Below are positions 1 through 5,187 of a DNA stretch of 5,187 nucleotides, piece by piece. Below the pieces are notes generated by a model. It saw only the letters and a program-made list of their open reading frames with translations. It did not search any database and had not been told where the DNA came from. The stretch is from Paraspadella gotoi (taxonomy: Eukaryota; Animalia; Chaetognatha). Each line of letters opens with the position of its first letter. Within the stretch, counting starts at the first letter, position 1. The stretch covers positions 1 to 5,187 of the forward strand of contig JBJCIZ010000267.1 of NCBI GenBank assembly GCA_051294375.1, read 5' to 3'. A program made the translations under genes and the position numbers.

Positions 1-12
1 AGAAGAGATAAG

Positions 13-140
13 CTTCTCTCTTTCTCTCTCTGTTTAGATTATTATATATCGCGTCTTTCTGTCTCTCTTTTTCTCTGCAGCGGCTGTCTCTCTCTCTTCT
101 TTTCTCTCTGTGTGTGTCTGTCCCTCTCTGTCGGATCTCT
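13..140. repeat. Degenerate (CT)n/(GT)n microsatellite region
   Basis: Interrupted TC runs with a short TG run near 110-118. Confidence 0.85.
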
Positions 141-284
141 TGCGTGATCGTGTTGTTTTTTGAAAAATTCTGATTATTTTTTTCCTTCTAAAAACTTTTT
201 ATTATTACCATTTATGTCGCGCGTTTTTTTCAATACAAAATCCATATTTTTCATCCGAGATTTTCGTGGATTTATTCCTTATTT

Positions 285-285
285 T

Positions 286-334
<49 letters not shown>
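285..334. repeat. (CT)n microsatellite
   Basis: Nearly perfect TC run of ~50 bp with one interruption. Confidence 0.97.
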
Positions 335-337
<3 letters not shown>

Positions 338-369
338 ACTTCATACACGCATTTTTTTTGGTTTTATTG

Positions 370-570
370 ACTATCATGCAATCAATGAATGACAAATCAT
401 CGCATCATGAATGAATATCATCACAGCAGTGAATGACTATCATCGCATCAATAATTGATTATCATCGAATCAATAATCATTCCTATTACATCAATAAATT
501 ACTATTTACATCAATCAATTAGTATTACCTTAATCAATTAACTATTACATCAATATAATTCGTTATCGCA
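370..570. repeat. Degenerate ~19-22-bp minisatellite
   Basis: Units GACTATCATCGCATCAATAATT (436-457) and GATTATCATCGAATCAATAATC (458-479), grading into shorter ACTATTACATCAATCAATT-type units. Confidence 0.75.
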
Positions 571-672
571 TGATTGCATTCGTTTTTTTTCCCGGGGTTT
601 TTCATTAATTTTTCTTTGATAGTGGGGCTCTGGCTCGATCTTGAGTCTTTTAAGATTTTTTTATTTTAATGT

Positions 673-786
673 CTCCTTTCTCTCTCTTCCTTCTCTCTCC
701 TCTCTCCTCATGCTCTCTCTTTCTCTCTCACCTGCCTCACTCTCTACTTCTCTCACCTCCTCTTTCTCTCTCTCTCTCTCGTCTCT
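673..786. repeat. Degenerate (CT)n microsatellite
   Basis: Pyrimidine-rich interrupted TC tract. Confidence 0.9.
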
Positions 787-820
787 TTTTATGCATAGCG
801 ACGATCCTTATGCTTTTAAG

Positions 821-873
821 ATTTTTTAACTTGCATCATTTTTTCAACTTGGCATCATTTTTTCAACTTGCAT
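821..873. repeat. Three ~18-19-bp units related to the 2367-2810 minisatellite
   Basis: CATTTTTTCAACTTG(G)CAT units versus consensus AATTTGGTCAACTTGCAT. Confidence 0.7.
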
Positions 874-1325
874 TCCGTCAAAAACTTTATATCTAGGTTC
901 CTTCAGCTCACTTTCCTACTGGCTCACAAAATTTCATCTCAATCTATCATGGGGTTTAAAAATAAATAAAAAGATTCAGTTAAATGTGACTCATATTTTT
1001 TTCATTTAAACTCATTTCCACTGGTACGTTTCCACTGAAACTTTATATAAGCTTCGTCACACATTTTCCCTACCCACACACAAAATTTCAACTCAATCTG
1101 TCCATCACATTATGATTAATTAGAGTATTGTAGGTTAAAATAAGTAAAAGATTTTAGTAAATTCGACTTATGTTTTTTCCATTTAAACTAATTTCGCACT
1201 CACGACGATTTCCATCGAAACTTTTATCACACACTTTCCTATCTCACACACAAAATTTAATTCCAATCCAACCAGCCAATCACGAGTTATTGGAGCTTTT
1301 TGGCTAAGATTAGACGGTGAACGGA
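871..1325 (-). mobile_element. Internal fragment of the Helentron-associated non-autonomous element (HINE), lacking both termini
   Basis: About 3 copies of the internal unit (TTCCATTTAAACTCATTTCCACT...CACACACAAAATTTCA), ending in CCAATCACGAGTTATTGGAGCTTTTTGGCTAAG...GACGG, which matches 1747-1790 and 3367-3410. Confidence 0.8.
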
Positions 1326-1329
1326 TTGA

Positions 1330-1978
1330 TTGACTAATTAATTAATTATTGATTAATTAATTTTATAATTGATTAATTAAACTGATTAATTATTTGATTT
1401 ATTAATACATCCGCATATACATTTAATATAAAATGAAAAAAGAAGCATAATCAATTAGTAAACAGGTTTTTTGTTTTTTTCCATTTAAACTCATTTCCAC
1501 TCAAACTATTCGCATCGAAACTTGATTTCCTGTTCAAGTCAACACTTTCCTAACCCACATACAAATTCCAGGTCAATTCAGCGCATGCACTCATGAGCAA
1601 TTGGTGTGTTCAAATAGTGAATATATTTTTTTTGTTTTTTCCATTTAAACTCATTTCACTGCGACGAATTCCATCGAAACTTCATATCCAGCGTCAATCA
1701 CACACTTACCTATCCTCACACAAAATTTTCATTAAAATCCATCCATCCAATCACGAGTAATTGGTGTTTTTTGGCTAAGGTGGGACGGACGACGGACGGA
1801 GGACGGACGACGGACGACGACGGGACAGGACGACGGCATCATTTTTTTTTGCATAATTTATCATAATTCGATGATCGACATGATATAAGTGTGTGCCCGA
1901 CAATATTGGGGGCGGACCGACGGACGAAAAAGTGAGTTATAGAGTCGGGATCTGCTGATAAGCAGATCCGACTAAAAA
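1330..1978 (-). mobile_element. HINE/DINE-1-like non-autonomous Helentron copy A (5' end intact, 3' terminus missing)
   Basis: Minus strand starts TTTTTAGTCGGATCTGCTTATCAGCAGATCCCGACTCTATAAC (terminal hairpin 1943-1973). Then core, (GTCC)n microsatellite, two internal repeat units and an AT-rich tract. This matches the established DINE-1/HINE architecture. Confidence 0.85.
1783..1836. repeat. (GGAC)n/(GAC)n microsatellite inside HINE copy A
   Basis: Direct reading; equivalent to the (GTCY)n tract typical of DINE-1/HINE on the minus strand. Confidence 0.92.
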
Positions 1979-2366
1979 TCCTTTAAATTAATTTCACATA
2001 TAAGATTACGAGTCAAAGAAAACCGCAAAAGTACTCGATCACTTTGGAAAACTCTGGAGAGTTCCTTTCCGGTCAAGTTTTTTCAGAGTTTATCAGTCCA
2101 ATGTCTTCACAGACAAAAAAGAACCTAATAAAATGAGTCGTGACCGCTTCATCTGGTGTAATTAAATTTGGGTAACTCTACTGCATATACATTTAATATA
2201 AGAGAAAAAGAATCATAATCATTAGTGAACAGGTTTTTTGTTTTTTTCCATTTAAACTCATTTCCACTCAAAAGATTCCATCAAACTTGGTTTCCTGTTC
2301 AATCACACACTTTTCTACTGCACGATACAAAATTCGCAGGTCAATCGATAATTAAGTGGTAATAAG

Positions 2367-2810
2367 CTAACTTGTTCAACTTGCATAATTTAATCAACTT
2401 GCATAATTTGGTCAACTGACATAATTTGGTTACAACATGAATTAATTTGTCATGACATAATTTGGTCAACTGACATATAATTGGGTCAACTGACTTAATT
2501 TGGTCAACTGACATAATTTGGTCAACTGACATAATTTGATCAATTAAGATAATTTGGTCAACGGCATAATTTGGTCAACTGGCATAATTTTATCAACTTG
2601 CCTAATTTGGTCAACTAGCATAAATGTGGTCAACTGGCATAATTTGGTCAACTGGCATGATTTGGTCAACAGGCATATTTGGTCAACAGGCATAATTTGG
2701 TCAACTTGCAGAACTTGATCAACTTGCAGAATTTGGTCAACAGGTATAATTGGTGAACTTTAAGAATTTGGTCAACTGGCATATTTTTGTCAATTGCATA
2801 ATTTGGTCAA
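2367..2810. repeat. 18-bp minisatellite, ~24 copies, consensus AATTTGGTCAACTGGCAT
   Basis: Direct reading of contiguous tandem units with no spacers. Confidence 0.95.
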
Positions 2811-2856
2811 TCAATCAATCAATCAATCAATCAAACATATCAATCAATCAATCAAT
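2807..2856. repeat. (TCAA)n microsatellite
   Basis: Two TCAA runs separated by a short interruption. Confidence 0.93.
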
Positions 2857-3403
2857 CATCAGAGTGAAAGAGAGAGAAACTTTAAAAAAATTCAAATAAA
2901 TGTGCTTTTGGTTTTTCTAATTTGAACTCTTTTCCACTCTACGATTCCATCAAAAAATTATATCCAGCGTTTATCACATACTTTCCTACCGCACACACAA
3001 AAATTCCATTTCGATTTATCTATCCAATTTTTAATAAACATAATAATTAGTGAGTAAATTAAAGTAAAAATACTTTAAGTAAATATGACTTTTGTTTTTT
3101 TTCCATTTTAACTCATTTCGCACTTGCACGATTCCATCGAAACTTTGTATCCAGCTCAATCTCACACTTTGCTACCATATACAAAATTTCAAGTCAATTG
3201 CCGCTATCCACTCATGAGCAATTGGACGTTCAAATAAGTGAAATATATTTTTTTGGTTTTTCATTTAAACCAATTTCACTCGCGCCGATTCCCTTCAAAA
3301 CTTCATATCCATTCAATCACAACTGTTTCCTACCCACACACAAAATTTCATACCAATGCCATTCATCCAATCACGAGTAATTGGAGTTTTTTTTGCTAAG
3401 GTG

Positions 3404-3452
3404 GGACGCGACGGACGACGGACGGACGGACGACGGCGGAGGACGGACGGAC
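3404..3452. repeat. (GGAC)n microsatellite inside HINE copy B
   Basis: Direct reading; positional homologue of 1783-1836. Confidence 0.92.
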
Positions 3453-3602
3453 ATCGTTTTTTTTGCATATTATTTATCAATAATTCGATGTTCTGACATG
3501 AATATAAGTGTGTGCCCGACAATATTGAGGGGGCGGACCGACGGACCGAAAAAGTGAGTTATAGAGTCGGGATTCTGCTGATAAGCAGATCCGCACTAAA
3601 AA

Positions 3603-3720
3603 GCAAACAATGCCGGATCTGAAGACGATCATTAGCGATAATTAATTAATTAAAACAATAATTAATGAGTTTCTTATATATTAATTAATTTATAAATTAA
3701 TTATTTTAACAAACTAACAA
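3603..3720 (-). mobile_element. HINE 3'-end fragment, truncated by ~11 nt (right boundary approximate)
   Basis: GCAAACAATGCCGGATCTG..ACGATCATTAGCGATAATTAAT aligns with 5065-5109 and carries a subTIR variant. Confidence 0.8.
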
Positions 3721-3946
3721 CAAATGGATAATTGTTATATTGTTTGTACCAATTTTATGAATTGTGTTTTATAAATAAATTGATAATATAAATTTTAATA
3801 GAAAAATTAAAACCATATAAGTTAAAAGGTAATATAAATTTTGTTACGAAATCATTATCAATATATCTCGAAGAAATCCAAACTTCTCTACTTTCACCCC
3901 GATGCTCTTTTATTTCTATTTTACTAACGCAAGGAAATTCTATTTC

Positions 3947-4207
3947 TCCGGCGATCACAGCGACATCTCTAGTTTCTAATTTGTATTATAGTATATATAC
4001 TTAAGTACAGTTCTCCGAGAGGCTACGCATGGCTGTTTCTGATTGGTTCCCGCCGTTTCGATAGATTTCAGGCTCGATCTCTATCGACGTGTAACCTTTC
4101 AGATCTTGTTCAGTCTTGCAATGCGTTTTCATTACTTTTTTAAAGATAAATTCGCTATTTAGATATCTCGGAAACTTCTTTTTAATAAGAAACTAGTGAT
4201 CGCTGGA
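3947..4207. other. Long imperfect fold-back (rod-like hairpin; MITE-like or structured RNA)
   Basis: Six nested complementary pairs: 3947-3958/4196-4207, 3969-3977/4188-4196, 4009-4020/4166-4176, 4025-4033/4118-4126, 4038-4048/4093-4103, 4058-4065/4080-4087. Confidence 0.65.
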
Positions 4208-4265
4208 TTGGTGGACTTTCCTTGTGATAGAGGCAACCATTCTACAAATTTGGCTTCAGAAACAA

Positions 4266-4339
4266 GTAAGATGGATTCTTTAAACTTTATATATATATTT
4301 GCTGAGTGTGTATTAAATGTTTTGTTATTCCTTGCCCAG
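4266..4339 (+). other. Candidate 74-nt spliceosomal intron
   Basis: AA|GTAAGA donor, AT-rich body between GC-richer flanks, GCTGAG branch-like motif at 4301, pyrimidine tract ending TTGCCCAG|G. Confidence 0.45.
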
Positions 4340-4772
4340 GACTTCTAACTCAACTTCATCATCTCATCTACTTTAGATTGAAGTGCTGGGCTTGGACTTT
4401 GTCATCAGAAACCTCATCTTGAGCGTCAGACCGGCGCCATCGTCTTGTCCGCGCCATCTTACTCGAATTCCTCTCGTTTTGATAGCGCAGGATCAGCTCA
4501 GTCAGTTGTCAAAGACAGCCACCTCTACGAACTTAGTTCAATACATTAGAAGTCTTCGTTTGCGGATCGTCTTTCTCAAGCGTTTCGTCGAAGATTCTCT
4601 AAGCCTCAACGGTTTCTGCGGGACCCGTTGAGAAGAAGTCCCACCTGCGTCGGCCTCTAGGTGTCGAGCAAATTGAGCGATTCCATCATCGAAAGAACTT
4701 GCAAAACTTTTGACGGTCGTAAGGATCCGGCGGCGCCTTACGGGTCTGCTTTCATTGCGATTAGGGATCCTT
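4329..4772 (+). other. GC-richer unique segment with many predicted RNA hairpins
   Basis: Stems at 4334-4345/4380-4391, 4447-4458/4481-4493, 4548-4558/4589-4598, 4605-4612/4625-4632 and 4718-4724/4736-4742. Confidence 0.4.
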
Positions 4773-4860
4773 GAACTTACTTCTTCTTCTTCCTGGTTCT
4801 TACCTTTACCTGTCCTCACATCTGACCACTGTCCTTAACTCAATTCTTTGTTGGAAACTT

Positions 4861-4960
4861 TCTTTCTCTCTCTCTCTCTTTCTCTCTCTCTCTCACTGGC
4901 CTGAAACCTCACTTTTGCTTTCAATATATTCAATATTCTCTCTCTCTCTCTCTCTCTCTC
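4861..4960. repeat. Two (CT)n microsatellites (4861-4894, 4937-4960)
   Basis: Direct reading. Confidence 0.93.
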
Positions 4961-4997
4961 CCCTTAACTTATGTCTCCAAATATTTGTTATTGTCAA

Positions 4998-5040
4998 ACG
5001 CTGATGAAGACTCGAACCCTAAGAGTCGAAACATGTCCGT
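4998..5040 (+). ncRNA. Minimal type I hammerhead ribozyme (Penelope-like element/retrozyme type)
   Basis: Stem I ACG(4998-5000)/CGT(5038-5040); core CTGATGA 5001-5007 plus one extra A; stem II GACTC/GAGTC with 9-nt loop; GAAA 5028-5031; stem III reduced to palindrome ACATGT; GUC cleavage triplet 5035-5037. Confidence 0.88.
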
Positions 5041-5053
5041 ATTTTCTATCATT

Positions 5054-5187
5054 AACAAGTTTGAGCAAACAATGTCGGATCTGCCCACAATCATTATCGT
5101 TAATTAATCAATAATTAATTAATAATTAATTAATAAATATTAATTAAAGTTAATTAATTAATCATTTAAGTAAGTAGACAGAGATTT
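5054..5187 (-). mobile_element. HINE 3' terminus (element continues beyond window)
   Basis: Minus strand ends ...GCAGATCCGACATTGTTTGCTCAAACTTGTT. The 11-bp subTIR GTCGGATCTGC (5074-5084) is the exact reverse complement of 1962-1972. Short stem-loop GTTTGAGCAAAC (5059-5070) and CTTGTT terminus. Confidence 0.85.

Larger units (their letters stand above)
2183..3602 (-). mobile_element. HINE/DINE-1-like copy B (longer, with internal minisatellite; 3' terminus missing)
   Basis: 2183-2346 aligns to 1413-1578 and ~3095-3602 aligns to ~1474-1978. Terminal hairpin at 3565-3597 is followed by A5, as in copy A. Four internal units. Confidence 0.85.

Noticed and set aside
160-896. ORFs 160-414, 641-829 and 669-896
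   Set aside because: Leu/Ser/Phe runs are translations of CT microsatellites and T tracts; no domain features
1943-1978. Rho-independent terminator
   Set aside because: Better explained as the HINE terminal hairpin repeated at 3565-3602; the sequence is not prokaryotic
2049-2091. Short inverted repeat AAACTCTGGA/TTCAGAGTTT in the unique spacer
   Set aside because: Short, isolated and compatible with chance in AT-rich DNA
2341-2532. Minus ORF with MSVDQI / LTKLCQ repeats
   Set aside because: Translation of the 18-bp minisatellite; the peptide repeat switches frame within the array
2367-2810. CRISPR array
   Set aside because: Units are contiguous with no unique spacers, there are no cas genes, and the context is eukaryotic
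3198-3522. ORFs 3198-3380 and 3313-3522
   Set aside because: They lie within HINE repeats and the GGAC microsatellite, and the homologous copy A has no matching ORFs in the track
3755-3958. 67-aa minus ORF
   Set aside because: GTG start, short, AT-rich tail and no recognisable motif; a small exon cannot be fully excluded
2856-4408. Additional hammerhead cores (CTGATGA on minus strand near 2856 and 4402; CTGAAGA at 3619)
   Set aside because: No downstream stem II plus GAAA and UH arrangement
4599-4644. Telomerase RNA (CTAAGCCT template-like motif next to a pseudoknot)
   Set aside because: The 8-nt match overlaps stem 1, there are no other supporting domains, and the host telomere repeat is unknown
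4716-4772. HDV-like ribozyme (P1 TCGTAA/TTACGG, P2 GGATCC/GGATCC, P3 GGC/GCC)
   Set aside because: Topology is suggestive, but L3 is only 3 nt and lacks the pyrimidines needed for P1.1, and P1 is short
4538-5004. ORFs 4538-4819 (-) and 4771-5004 (+) as genes
   Set aside because: Non-ATG starts and no recognisable domain; the latter runs through CT microsatellites

Overview
AT-rich, non-coding eukaryotic DNA, probably from an invertebrate animal (inference). I find no credible protein-coding gene; the supplied ORFs mostly come from microsatellites, minisatellites or transposon sequence. About 870-3720 and 5054-5187 is a cluster of same-orientation (minus-strand) non-autonomous Helentron/DINE-1-like rolling-circle elements (HINEs). 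These show a terminal hairpin, an 11-bp subterminal inverted repeat, a (GTCC)n microsatellite, ~130-180-bp internal repeats and an 18-bp minisatellite. Between two HINE 3' ends lies a ~1.1-kb unique segment (3947-5053). It holds a ~260-nt rod-like fold-back, a candidate 74-nt intron, a run of GC-rich hairpins with a possible pseudoknot, CT microsatellites, and a minimal type I hammerhead ribozyme (4998-5040) of the kind found in Penelope-like retroelements and retrozymes. All pairings and alignments were done by eye. Frequent 1-nt indels between copies may reflect age or read error.
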